Origin: a virus
Taxonomy: Duplodnaviria > Caudoviricetes
DNA: 64,000 bases
Direction: 5' to 3' (one strand)
Virus record (IMG/VR): IMGVR_UViG_3300026546_000001
Location: 1-64,000 of that record
Position numbers and translations under genes: made by a program. Positions 31,956-41,582 of this stretch are shown in pieces. The first letter of the stretch is position 1. Every line of letters starts with the position of its first letter. The notes beneath the pieces are model-generated. The model made no database searches, was not told the DNA's origin, and worked only from the letters and a program-made list of their open reading frames with translations.

Positions 31956-32363
31956 ATGAAACATATAAAATTATTTGAAGAATTAGATGATTTTACATTA
32001 GATGATAATGAATCTACACATAATGTAAAAAAATCTGTTAATTTTGAAGAAGAAGAACCTGTTGTACAAACCAATAATGATATTGAACAAAAATTAAATG
32101 ATTGTATAAATGATTGTCAACAAATTTTAAATACATATAATGATGATAAATATAAAGCTGTTATAACACCAGCTGCATCTGCAGTTGAAATATCACAATT
32201 ATGTTTAAATACAATTAAACGAAATTATGGTCCAGTTTCTGATATAAAAAATGTAACTAAGAAAATGTTACAACAATGCTCACAAGATTTTAAAAAAAAT
32301 AGCCATATAGAAATGGCTATGCAATGTGCTGATAAATGCGATAAATGTATTAGTTCTTTATAA
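31956..32363 (+). CDS. Capsid-targeting-motif protein with Cys-rich helical domain (degenerate DUF326/Csp-like)
   Basis: Preferred ATG at 31956 gives MKHIKLFEE; CINDC...QCSQDF...QCADKCDKC. Confidence 0.65.
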   Translation: MKHIKLFEELDDFTLDDNESTHNVKKSVNFEEEEPVVQTNNDIEQKLNDCINDCQQILNTYNDDKYKAVITPAASAVEISQLCLNTIKRNYGPVSDIKNVTKKMLQQCSQDFKKNSHIEMAMQCADKCDKCISSL

Positions 32364-32414
32364 TGTTTGTTTTCATAATTCTTTTTATTTTAACAAGTAA
32401 ATATTTAAAAATAT

Positions 32415-33593
32415 TTACTTGTTTTTTTTTACATCAACATCAAATTGTTTAGCTAAAATGTTTTTAGCACCATCATATCCTTGTAAAATATATTTTCTAC
32501 TTCCACGAGTTTCCAATATTTCTAAAGTAGTTAACACCTTAAAAAATTCTTTAGCTTCTGATTCAGATATAAATATTCCTTCTAATTTACAATTTGTAAC
32601 AAAATCTTTAGCAGATTGAATTTGATTACCTGATTCTAATACATTAAATTTAGCTCGATATAAAATATCTAACATGTTATCCCACTTATACCATCTAGCT
32701 AATTTAGGGTCATTTTGTAATTTTTCGTGCCATTCATCAATACTACGACGTTGAAAATATCTTCTAAACCAAACACCAAATATAATTATTATTTCAAATA
32801 TTGATGAAAATATTACAAACTTTTGAGAACTAACTTGTGTTAATTCTGTTTGTTTTTCACTTTTTGTTGTAATATGTTCTTCAGCGTTTTTTATATCAGC
32901 ATCCCTATCATCACGTAATTTTTGAATTTGTGCATCAACATCAGCTAATTCTTTATTATATCTTTCAATCGTTGCATCATAAGATGGTTTAAGAGACTCA
33001 ACTAAATCTTTATCTGTTTTCCAGGCCCGTTGTGAATATCGTTCAACTGCTTGGTTATACATTTTTATTGTTGGATCATTTAATTGACGTTCAACAATAG
33101 TATTTTTAATAGAATCATATTTTAAAATCTGTTGTTCATATTTATTATAAATAGAATCTCGTACTACATTTATATCCTGAAACGTTTCTTCTGATATTTT
33201 AGTAGTTTTATCTGCAAACTGCATTGCACCATTTAAACTAACATAAAAACTACCTGAATATAATAATAATGATACTAATGACAAAATTAAAAATTCTCCC
33301 GATGATTTTATACCATTTTTAACAACATCTTGAGCCCATTTATCAGTTATACTTCTTTTAAATATTTCATAAGCAGTTAAAAATGATAAAGAAATTGCAC
33401 CAATTAACCAAGGACTCCAATCTGGTTCAACGTTATATATTACATTATACACATAAAAAAATCCAAATGCTATAATAGCACCTTGAGCTAAATAACTAAA
33501 TAAAAAAGCACCGTTTTTTATACCAACCCAGTTTGTATAATAATCATTTGAATCTAATCTTTGTTTTAATTGTTTAAATTTACTAAAATCCAT
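32415..33593 (-). CDS. Multi-pass membrane protein with long coiled coil and C-terminal soluble domain
   Basis: Three N-terminal hydrophobic segments, coiled coil, fourth TM segment FVIFSSIFEIIIIFGVWF. Confidence 0.75.
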   Translation of the reverse strand: MDFSKFKQLKQRLDSNDYYTNWVGIKNGAFLFSYLAQGAIIAFGFFYVYNVIYNVEPDWSPWLIGAISLSFLTAYEIFKRSITDKWAQDVVKNGIKSSGEFLILSLVSLLLYSGSFYVSLNGAMQFADKTTKISEETFQDINVVRDSIYNKYEQQILKYDSIKNTIVERQLNDPTIKMYNQAVERYSQRAWKTDKDLVESLKPSYDATIERYNKELADVDAQIQKLRDDRDADIKNAEEHITTKSEKQTELTQVSSQKFVIFSSIFEIIIIFGVWFRRYFQRRSIDEWHEKLQNDPKLARWYKWDNMLDILYRAKFNVLESGNQIQSAKDFVTNCKLEGIFISESEAKEFFKVLTTLEILETRGSRKYILQGYDGAKNILAKQFDVDVKKNK

Positions 33594-33670
33594 AAATTTT
33601 ACATATCTTTATTATAGTTTATATAAAAATAAACTTATTTGTTTAATACAGTATATATTTATACAAATTA

Positions 33671-33973
33671 TTATTTTATGTTAAATAATTTTTTATACCA
33701 CGGTTTACATTTTCGTAAACGCTTATGTAATTGTTTAATTATATGTCCATTTAAAGTCAATTTATGTTTAGTAGTTTCTAATTCTGTTGTAGTATAATTT
33801 AACTTATTTTCTAATTCATGTATCTTATGCTTAAGACTAGATTGTTCACTGTACATTTCACGCAATAAAGACTTAAAGCCCAATAAAAAATATTTATATT
33901 CGGCATCACTAAATTTTTCATTAAAATCATTAGTTAATAAAAAATCATATAAATCTTCTTTACTTTCAAACAT
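33671..33973 (-). CDS. Hypothetical coiled-coil protein
   Basis: ORF track; starts 2 nt after the polymerase fragment stop. Confidence 0.7.
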   Translation of the reverse strand: MFESKEDLYDFLLTNDFNEKFSDAEYKYFLLGFKSLLREMYSEQSSLKHKIHELENKLNYTTTELETTKHKLTLNGHIIKQLHKRLRKCKPWYKKLFNIK

Positions 33974-33975
33974 AT

Positions 33976-35142
33976 TTAAAATAACGATAAATTAAATGTA
34001 AGTCTTGAATTTAATCTAGGTAATCCTAATGCTTCAATAAACATATTAACAATATTTAACACAGTTCTTTCAAATTGTTCGTCAACATCTATTTCAGGTG
34101 CAAATTCTTTTGGAAATAAACCTCTTGAATATGCAAATACATTATTACGTCTATCTTTACAATAATAATATTTAATTTTTTGTCCAGATGTTAATAAATT
34201 ATATTTCTTTTTATATTTTGAATTTTGATTAAGTAAATAATTGTGAAATATTGCAGCTTTAATATGAAATGGTGTTCCTAATGCATATTTAAATTCAACT
34301 TGATCATCTATACACCATTTATCATAATTATTTACACTACTTGTAGATGATATATCTTCAATATCAGCCATTATAAATTGTTGTTTAATTTCTCTAACTT
34401 TTTTATTCAATTCGCTAATTGACAATTCATGACGTGTATCTAAAATATATTTCATTAATTCTGTTAATTTTTCACGAACAAATAGTGGTGTTGATGATTT
34501 AACTAATTCTACACCTTTAGCATAAATATATTCTAAACGGTTGTAATAATAACCATCTTCATATACAATATTTTGAACATATCGTTTCTTTTCTAAAAAT
34601 AGTACAGATTCATCTATTCTTTCAAGTTCAAAATCTTGTATATTTTCTACGCCGTATTTATGTGCATATTCATCTAATTTTTCTTTAAAATAATCAGATA
34701 ATCTATGCTTATTTACTAATTCAACAAATTCAAGTGGTTCTCTATTCCAATTACAACTATCCATACCTGGTTGAAATCCAACAAATAATGAATCAGTATC
34801 TATATAAATACTAACTGGTTCTTTTTCTTTATCTAATTTTCTAGGCTTTTCAATTTGTAATGCTTTATGTAATTCATAATCAACATGCCACATATTATAC
34901 CAATAATATTCATTTACTTTATCCATATAATTAATTATTTCACGTCCCATTGATGTAATAGCATTTGCAATTTGCGGATTTGAAAAAACAAAATGAGAAT
35001 TTGCCATTGCTCCATATTCTCCATTAATAACTAATTTAAGTGCTAATTGCATAGCTTTATATCTATCTGCGTCGCGTTGAGCATCATTAATACGTTTTTC
35101 TAATTCTGCTATTTTATTTTTAGTTTCTTGAATATTAATCAT
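33976..35142 (-). CDS. gp43: Family B DNA polymerase, C-terminal subunit only (split gp43-like)
   Basis: Motif B QLALKLVINGEYG, AITSMGR, motif C YIDTDS, KKRY, KGVELVKSSTP, thumb region; no exonuclease domain or motif A. Confidence 0.9.
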   Translation of the reverse strand: MINIQETKNKIAELEKRINDAQRDADRYKAMQLALKLVINGEYGAMANSHFVFSNPQIANAITSMGREIINYMDKVNEYYWYNMWHVDYELHKALQIEKPRKLDKEKEPVSIYIDTDSLFVGFQPGMDSCNWNREPLEFVELVNKHRLSDYFKEKLDEYAHKYGVENIQDFELERIDESVLFLEKKRYVQNIVYEDGYYYNRLEYIYAKGVELVKSSTPLFVREKLTELMKYILDTRHELSISELNKKVREIKQQFIMADIEDISSTSSVNNYDKWCIDDQVEFKYALGTPFHIKAAIFHNYLLNQNSKYKKKYNLLTSGQKIKYYYCKDRRNNVFAYSRGLFPKEFAPEIDVDEQFERTVLNIVNMFIEALGLPRLNSRLTFNLSLF

Positions 35143-35209
35143 ATATTAAGATTATAAAATTTATTGTTATATTAAATATGTTTAAATTGTTTTTAATAAA
35201 TAATGTTTA

Positions 35210-35542
35210 TTAAAGTGAATTGATATATTTTAGATGTTTATTTCGTAAATATTCAGATTTAGAAAAACTTTTAATTAATTTTGATAATTTAAATATAAAA
35301 TCATTATGTTTTTTATTATACAATATCCATTCATTAAGAGCTGCTTTATAATTTTCTATTGGTTTAGTTATTTTTAAATCATTTTTATTTCTTAATATCA
35401 TCCATAAAATTAATTTATCATCATCATCAATTTTATTTAAAACATATTTACTTAAATATAATGTTGAATTATAATATTTTATTAATGAATATGATGGTTC
35501 AATTATTTTTATATTATATAATTCTGGTAAATCATCAAACAT
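35210..35542 (-). CDS. Hypothetical protein
   Basis: ORF track; upstream AAAAC-N17-TATAA motif. Confidence 0.6.
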   Translation of the reverse strand: MFDDLPELYNIKIIEPSYSLIKYYNSTLYLSKYVLNKIDDDDKLILWMILRNKNDLKITKPIENYKAALNEWILYNKKHNDFIFKLSKLIKSFSKSEYLRNKHLKYINSL

Positions 35543-35629
35543 AATTAAAGATATTATTCTTTCTTTATTTTATATAAATAAATTTATTTAAGTTTTTAAT
35601 TAAAATATATAATTAAACATATATTAGTT

Positions 35630-35986
35630 ATGTTAAAATATAAAAAGCTTATCTACAACAATAAAAATATAACTCTTCCTTCTGAAATTAAAAAAATATT
35701 ATATGCTAATAATTTTGATTGGTTATTAAAAGCAGAAATTGAAAATTCAATAATTGAAATAACTGAAAATGGAAATTTTATATGGCATATGGGATCTTGG
35801 TATAGAGGACATTGGTATGGACAACATTGGATTGATGGTGTTTGGTATGATGGTTATTGGCATCAAGGTGAATGGCATGATGGCATTTGGTATAATGGAG
35901 TTTGGATAAGTGGCATTTGGTATAACGGAGTTTGGAAAAAAGGAGTATGGAAAAATGGTGAGAAAAAAAACACCTATACCATATAA
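35630..35986 (+). CDS. Small GxWxx pentapeptide-repeat protein
   Basis: About 12 consecutive W-x-x-G-x units preceded by FDWLLKAEIENSII; resembles the C-terminal domain of the 3273-aa protein. Confidence 0.8.
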   Translation: MLKYKKLIYNNKNITLPSEIKKILYANNFDWLLKAEIENSIIEITENGNFIWHMGSWYRGHWYGQHWIDGVWYDGYWHQGEWHDGIWYNGVWISGIWYNGVWKKGVWKNGEKKNTYTI

Positions 35987-36032
35987 TATTTCTATATAAC
36001 TGCATTAGCAGTATAAAATCTAATTAACTTTT

Positions 36033-36500
36033 ATGAAAACACTAAGAAATCGGCCAGAAGTTATTAATTACACTGATAACGTTATTTACGATAGCGATAT
36101 TGTAACAATTATTAACGAAGAAAATAAAAAATTATTTTTCCATATTAAGGATCGTCAATATTACACAGAAACATATAATGTTGCAGAAGCAGTTGCAATA
36201 TTAATGAGAATTAAATCTTTAAATTCAGATAATATATTATGGAATATAAAATTATCATCTGATGATAAAGAAATTGAATCGACATGTAATGTTATTTTAT
36301 GGTTAACTGGTGGACAAAAAACTTGGAATAAATTAAATTTAGATTGGTTAGATTATTATAATCATTTGGATTATGAATATAATTATCAAATTAAAAATAT
36401 TTTAAAAATGTCATCAAAATTAAAAGATGTAAAAATATTATTTGAAGATATTTTAAGTTTTGATAAATTATATAATTCAATTTTAAAATATTCAATTTAA
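36033..36500 (+). CDS. Hypothetical protein
   Basis: ORF track. Confidence 0.7.
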   Translation: MKTLRNRPEVINYTDNVIYDSDIVTIINEENKKLFFHIKDRQYYTETYNVAEAVAILMRIKSLNSDNILWNIKLSSDDKEIESTCNVILWLTGGQKTWNKLNLDWLDYYNHLDYEYNYQIKNILKMSSKLKDVKILFEDILSFDKLYNSILKYSI

Positions 36501-36520
36501 AAGAAAAATAATTATTTACT

Positions 36521-36548
36521 AACGGCATTCAAATGAATGCCGTTTTTT
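36521..36548 (+). terminator. Intrinsic terminator
   Basis: AACGGCATTC-AAAT-GAATGCCGTT followed by TTTT. Confidence 0.85.
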
Positions 36549-36575
36549 ATTACTACATATTTTAATATATACTTT

Positions 36576-37385
36576 ATGAAAAGAATTCATATTATTAATT
36601 TATTAAGTGTTATTAATGTTAAATATAAAATTGAAATATTTAATAAAAATAAGCCATATAAAATATTACTTAAATTACCATTTAGTGATTATGAACTTTT
36701 AAAATCAGGTTGGCAAAAATATAATAAACAAATTTTTTATAATGGTAATAAATTTTGGCTACATCCAAATATAATGACTAAATTAAAAATAACTAGTAAT
36801 GATTTATCTCAAATTGGATTAAGAATAAGTAATAATGAACAAAAAAAATATAAAATTAATACTTCAATATTAAAATTAATTCCTAGAAATGAACAAATTG
36901 TATTTATCGTTGAAGAATCAAATCTTTTTTCTATTAAAAACTATATTATTGATGAAATAGAAAATGAATTAAAAAATAAAGGATATAATATATTTCAATT
37001 TAAAACACTTCAAGAATATTATGAAAAAGGACTTATAACAGCACAAGTTTTATTAGAATATTTAACAGGACATAAAATAAAAAATGATAAATTTATAGAA
37101 ACGCCAGTTACACAATTTAACAAAGTAAATTATTACGATTCAGATCCTGATATTTTAAATTACATGAGTAATTTAGATGAATTATTAAAAAAATATTATG
37201 ATTCTTCTGATAAAGATATAAAAACAGATATTTATAGTGATTTAAAATATTCAGAAAGTAATTATTATTTAACATTATACCAAATTTTACCAAATAAGAA
37301 AAACTTAGTTAAAAAAGAATCTATAAAATTAGGAATACTTGATAAATTTAATTACTTAGAATCATTTTCAAGTTTCAATTCATAA
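36576..37385 (+). CDS. Hypothetical protein
   Basis: The track start (36537) lies inside the terminator hairpin; ATG 36576 follows an AATATATA motif. Confidence 0.65.
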   Translation: MKRIHIINLLSVINVKYKIEIFNKNKPYKILLKLPFSDYELLKSGWQKYNKQIFYNGNKFWLHPNIMTKLKITSNDLSQIGLRISNNEQKKYKINTSILKLIPRNEQIVFIVEESNLFSIKNYIIDEIENELKNKGYNIFQFKTLQEYYEKGLITAQVLLEYLTGHKIKNDKFIETPVTQFNKVNYYDSDPDILNYMSNLDELLKKYYDSSDKDIKTDIYSDLKYSESNYYLTLYQILPNKKNLVKKESIKLGILDKFNYLESFSSFNS

Positions 37386-37409
37386 ACATTTTTACATTTA
37401 TTTTTATAA
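37383..37409 (+). promoter_or_regulatory. TAAAC-N17-TATAA bipartite promoter-like motif upstream of gp42
   Basis: Same spacing upstream of uvsX, uvsW, rnhB, dCMP deaminase and the 32415-33593 gene. Confidence 0.6.
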
Positions 37410-37430
37410 TAATAAAATACTAATTAGTAT

Positions 37431-38138
37431 ATGATACAAAATGAATATGTTTTATTGTCTGAAATTTTTGATAAATTGTTTTCAAAATTAATAAATGAAG
37501 ATTTTATAATTGATGAACATGGTAATAAAACAATTGAATTAATAGCGCCAAGATTAGAGTTAAATCCAACTCAATATATACTAAATTTTAATGGACGAAA
37601 AACGCCTGTAAATTATTGTAAAGCTGAAGTTGAATGGTATAATTCACAAAGTTTATATGTTAAAGACATTCCTGGAAAAGTTCCAAAAATATGGGAAATA
37701 ATTGCAGATAAAAATGGAAAAATTAATAGTAATTATGGTTGGTGTATATATTCTGATGAAAATTATAATCAATATGAATCTTCATTACAAACATTATTAA
37801 ATGATAAAAATTCAAGACGTGCAACAATGATATATACACGTCCATCAATACAAGTAGATTATAATAAAGATGGTATGTCAGATTTTATATGTACATTTGC
37901 AACTCAACAACTTATTAGAAATAATGAATTACATTATATTGTAATGATGCGTTCTCAGGACGCAATATATGGATTTTTTAACGATTTTTATTGGCAAGGT
38001 GTAGTATATGAAAAATTTTATAATGATTTAAAGAAAAAATATTCTGATTTAAAAATTGGAAAAATGATTTGGATAGCTAATTCATTTCATGTATATGAAC
38101 GTCATTTTGATATGTTAAGAAAAATTATAAAAACTTAA
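37431..38138 (+). CDS. gp42: dCMP hydroxymethylase (T4 gp42 family)
   Basis: Collinear with T4 gp42: EWYNSQSLYVKDIPG..PKIW, INSNYGW, SRRATMIYTRPS, DYNKDGMSDFICT (catalytic Cys), MRSQDAIYGFFND (Asp specifying dCMP), SFHVYERHF. Confidence 0.9.
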   Translation: MIQNEYVLLSEIFDKLFSKLINEDFIIDEHGNKTIELIAPRLELNPTQYILNFNGRKTPVNYCKAEVEWYNSQSLYVKDIPGKVPKIWEIIADKNGKINSNYGWCIYSDENYNQYESSLQTLLNDKNSRRATMIYTRPSIQVDYNKDGMSDFICTFATQQLIRNNELHYIVMMRSQDAIYGFFNDFYWQGVVYEKFYNDLKKKYSDLKIGKMIWIANSFHVYERHFDMLRKIIKT

Positions 38139-38530
38139 CGAATTAATTCTAATATGAAACTACACGAAAAATCTAAATCATATGTTACAGGATCAAATAA
38201 AAAATCTACAGAATATCTAGTTATTTGTGGAGTATAATCACTTTCATTTATAACTTTATCTAGTAATTTTCTAATTATAATTATATTTGTAATATTAAAA
38301 TTATTACTTGAAATATAATCTTCTATTTTAAAATTTAATGAATCGGCATCATATAATTGTATTGTTGTTTCTTTAGTTAAAGATAATTTTATATGATATT
38401 CGTATTTTTTATCAGAATACGAAATTATTTTTTGAATATCAAATACTTCATGTTTTTTTAAATACTCTTTAAAATCATTTAAAAAGTTTGGATTGTAGTT
38501 ATTTAAATATATTAAATCTAATATTTCCAT
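38135..38530 (-). CDS. Hypothetical protein
   Basis: ORF track; 1-nt overlap with the dCMP deaminase stop. Confidence 0.65.
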   Translation of the reverse strand: MEILDLIYLNNYNPNFLNDFKEYLKKHEVFDIQKIISYSDKKYEYHIKLSLTKETTIQLYDADSLNFKIEDYISSNNFNITNIIIIRKLLDKVINESDYTPQITRYSVDFLFDPVTYDLDFSCSFILELIR

Positions 38531-38955
38531 TATTCTAAGTCTGATTCATCTACTTTAACAACTTCAATATTATTAATTCTTAAAAAATCTAATCCTTCAG
38601 TATTTCTATATTCTTTAACATATAATATTCTTTTTATACCAGACTGAATTATTAATTTAGAACATTCTTTACACGGAGACATTGTGATATAAAGCGTAGC
38701 ATCTTTACAAGATATACCATTTTTTGCACATTTTAAAATTGCATTTGCTTCTGCATGTAATACATACCAATGTGTATTATTATGTTTATCTTCACATTTA
38801 TTTTCGTATTTAGATGGTGTTCCATTATATCCATCTGAAATAATCATTTTATCCTTTACAATCAATGCGCCAACTTTATTTCTTTTACAATAAGATAATT
38901 CAGACCAAGTTCCACACATTTTCAAATATGCTTTATCAAATTTAGATATATTCAT
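38530..38955 (-). CDS. cd: dCMP deaminase
   Basis: SYCKRNKVGALIV, GYNGTPS, HAEANAI, SPCKEC zinc motifs. Confidence 0.95.
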   Translation of the reverse strand: MNISKFDKAYLKMCGTWSELSYCKRNKVGALIVKDKMIISDGYNGTPSKYENKCEDKHNNTHWYVLHAEANAILKCAKNGISCKDATLYITMSPCKECSKLIIQSGIKRILYVKEYRNTEGLDFLRINNIEVVKVDESDLE

Positions 38956-38999
38956 ATAAATTATTATTTTAAAAATTATATAATATAATCTTATATTGT

Positions 39000-39260
39000 T
39001 TAAATAGACTTAGTAATTGCAACTCCAAACATTAATCCATCAGATTTTACAAATTTTGCACCATATTGAGCATTTTTACTATTATCAGCTCTTTTAGCAT
39101 AAGCAATACTTGTTAAACCTTTACTACTATTTTCAATAGTTTGTTCATCAATTACTTTTTGATCTTCTATTTTTTTAACTTCAACTTCAATATCATCATT
39201 TTCAGTTGAATCATCAATGGTTAAATAATCATCAATTCGTTGTGGTATTATTTTACTCAT
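39000..39260 (-). CDS. Hypothetical protein
   Basis: ORF track; ATGA overlap with the upstream gene. Confidence 0.65.
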   Translation of the reverse strand: MSKIIPQRIDDYLTIDDSTENDDIEVEVKKIEDQKVIDEQTIENSSKGLTSIAYAKRADNSKNAQYGAKFVKSDGLMFGVAITKSI

Positions 39261-40015
39261 ATCTTTAAATTAGGTTTTTTGATTGGTTCAAACCACCAAT
39301 TAAAATACCAAAAATCAGATCCCTTTATTGAATATTCTTTATTATCTTTAAGTATTTTAATAACTTGATTTCTACTTACGGTATTATTATTGTTTAAATG
39401 TGTTGCAACAACTTTTACTTTATCACCTTGTTTTAAAAATTCTTTATTACCAATATTATTCCAAACACTTAAATTATCTTTTAATAAAACATAATCTCCA
39501 CGTTTTGGTTTAAACCATTTTTCTAATGTATGCTTTATCAAACCTGAAATTTTATTTACAAAAACTCTATTATTTGATTCAGATAAATTAGTTATAAATT
39601 TTGCCTTATAGTGACTTCCCCAATCTTTAAACGCACCATTATACACTTTATCAGGATCATCTTTAAATGAATATTCAAAATAAATATCAATACTTTCATT
39701 GTTATTGCGGTACATTCTATTTATTTTAAATTTATCTAATTTATAATCTTTATATTGAGATCCAATTTTAGATCCATCATCTACTGCAAAAACAGATTTT
39801 AAAATATCCATTAATCTATTTTGAGCATTTACAACATTATTTTTCCATCTATCAAATCCATTAGTAGATAATTGTGGATCATTTGGTTGTGTTGAGTCAG
39901 ATGCAATACCAGATCCTGATACACCAGTTGCAGATATATGATTAAAACCAAATTCAGTTAAATTTTCAACAATTTTTAATTCTTCCGAATATTCTTTAAA
40001 TCTTAATAATTTCAT
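39257..40015 (-). CDS. Hypothetical protein with capsid-targeting-like N-terminus
   Basis: MKLLRFKEYSEE; upstream AATATATA. Confidence 0.7.
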   Translation of the reverse strand: MKLLRFKEYSEELKIVENLTEFGFNHISATGVSGSGIASDSTQPNDPQLSTNGFDRWKNNVVNAQNRLMDILKSVFAVDDGSKIGSQYKDYKLDKFKINRMYRNNNESIDIYFEYSFKDDPDKVYNGAFKDWGSHYKAKFITNLSESNNRVFVNKISGLIKHTLEKWFKPKRGDYVLLKDNLSVWNNIGNKEFLKQGDKVKVVATHLNNNNTVSRNQVIKILKDNKEYSIKGSDFWYFNWWFEPIKKPNLKI

Positions 40016-40047
40016 ATATTATATATTAATACATAAAATTATAGTTT

Positions 40048-40626
40048 TTATAATGAAATATTATATGATAATCTATGAAATTCAGTATATCCATGCTCTT
40101 TAACTGCTAATTTATGATTTTTAGTTGGATATCCCTTATTTTTTTTCCATTCATACATAGGATATTGATCATCTAAATCTTTCATTAATCTATCACGATA
40201 TACTTTTGCTAAAATAGATGCTGCAGCGATTGATAAATATTTTCCATCACCTTTAACAATACATTCATATGGAATATTATTAAATTTTTTAAATTGATTT
40301 CCATCTACTAAAATAAATTCTGGTTTAGTTTTCAATTTACTAATTGCAGTATGCATTGCTAATATAGATGCTTCTAATATATTTATTCTATCAATTACAG
40401 ATTCACTTATTTGTGCTATAGCATAATCTATTGAATCATTTATAATAATGTTATAGAGATGCTCTCGTTGCTTTTCAGTTAATTTTTTTGAATCCTTTAT
40501 AAGATCATTCTTATAATCTTTAGGTAATATAACTGCTGCAGCAACAACGGGTCCTGCAATACAGCCACGACCTACTTCATCGCAGCCACATTCTAAATCT
40601 TTTCCTGAATAATTTGATTGTAACAT
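40048..40626 (-). CDS. rnhB: Ribonuclease HII
   Basis: GCDEVGRGCIAGPVVAAAVIL, DSKKL, LVDGN, KGDGKYLSIAAASILAKVYRD, KGYPT, HRLSY. Confidence 0.96.
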   Translation of the reverse strand: MLQSNYSGKDLECGCDEVGRGCIAGPVVAAAVILPKDYKNDLIKDSKKLTEKQREHLYNIIINDSIDYAIAQISESVIDRINILEASILAMHTAISKLKTKPEFILVDGNQFKKFNNIPYECIVKGDGKYLSIAAASILAKVYRDRLMKDLDDQYPMYEWKKNKGYPTKNHKLAVKEHGYTEFHRLSYNISL

Positions 40627-40655
40627 ATTACTTATATTTTTTTATAAATAAAAGT

Positions 40656-41549
40656 TTATTTTATTCTTCTTTTAAATGTAGATGTAGATGTAGATTTAGA
40701 TGGTCTACTATAAGATTTAGTACTTCTTTTAAATGTACTAGAATTTCTACTTGGACGTTTATATGAATTAGTGTATCTTTTTATTGTACTACTAGATTTA
40801 TATCTATTATACATTGGTCTTTTATATGTTGACGACCTAGTTGTTTTATATCTACTTAATGCAGATTTATTTGATGATTTATAAATTTTATTATAATTTG
40901 TATATCGTTTTGTTGTTGTATTTACTTTATTTGTAACAGATTTTACAAAACTAGAATTATTTTTATTATGCGTTTGTTTAACATTATTATTAGATGATAT
41001 TGAATTTAACAATACTGATTTATTAGTTCTTCTAGATTTTCGATTTGATATATTATTATTTATACTATGATTAAAATCTTTTCTAGGACCATAAATAACA
41101 TTATTATTAGTTCTAAAAGTATTATAATATGGAGAATACCAATAATTATAATATGGAGAATACATATAAAAATTATTATACAAATAATAATTATATGCAT
41201 AATATCGTGCAAATGATATTGGAAATCCGTAAAATCTTAACGTAGTATAAATATTATAAGGTGTATATCCATAAAAATAATTATCATACCAAAAATATGA
41301 TTCTATCCAATAAGGATCAAAAAACACATCATATAATGAATAATCATAATATGAATAAAATCCAGTATTATACGTCCAATTATACTTTAAATTATAATTA
41401 TTGTAATGTTCGTCAATTAATGAATCTTGTTCTGTTTTATAATTTGGATTATAATATAAGTCATCAATATATTGGGTGTTTTTAAATGATGAACAATTTG
41501 TAAATAATAATCCAAATAAAATGAATAATAATATATGTAATGATTTCAT
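40656..41549 (-). CDS. Lipoprotein with Tyr-rich core and Ser/Arg/Lys-rich tail (Bacteroidota-style)
   Basis: Signal peptide ending LLFTNC, DDLYYNP motif, aromatic-rich middle, basic low-complexity C-terminus. Confidence 0.7.
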   Translation of the reverse strand: MKSLHILLFILFGLLFTNCSSFKNTQYIDDLYYNPNYKTEQDSLIDEHYNNYNLKYNWTYNTGFYSYYDYSLYDVFFDPYWIESYFWYDNYFYGYTPYNIYTTLRFYGFPISFARYYAYNYYLYNNFYMYSPYYNYWYSPYYNTFRTNNNVIYGPRKDFNHSINNNISNRKSRRTNKSVLLNSISSNNNVKQTHNKNNSSFVKSVTNKVNTTTKRYTNYNKIYKSSNKSALSRYKTTRSSTYKRPMYNRYKSSSTIKRYTNSYKRPSRNSSTFKRSTKSYSRPSKSTSTSTFKRRIK

Positions 41550-41582
41550 AATCTTTTATTTATATTTTGTACATTATATATT

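Noticed and set aside
33976-35542. Intron- or split-intein-interrupted polymerase with 35210-35542 as an upstream exon
   Set aside because: The upstream ORF has no polymerase motifs, the gap is only 67 bp, and no intein terminal residues are present.
35630-35986. Template/variable repeat pair of a diversity-generating retroelement with the giant protein C-terminus
   Set aside because: Similarity is at peptide-pattern level only, with no adenine-specific near-identity and no reverse transcriptase in the window.
36537-36575. Track start of the 282-aa ORF
   Set aside because: The ATG lies within a terminator hairpin; ATG 36576 is more plausible.
37431-38138. Ordinary thymidylate synthase (ThyA)
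   Set aside because: It has Asp rather than Asn at the specificity position and follows T4 gp42 throughout.
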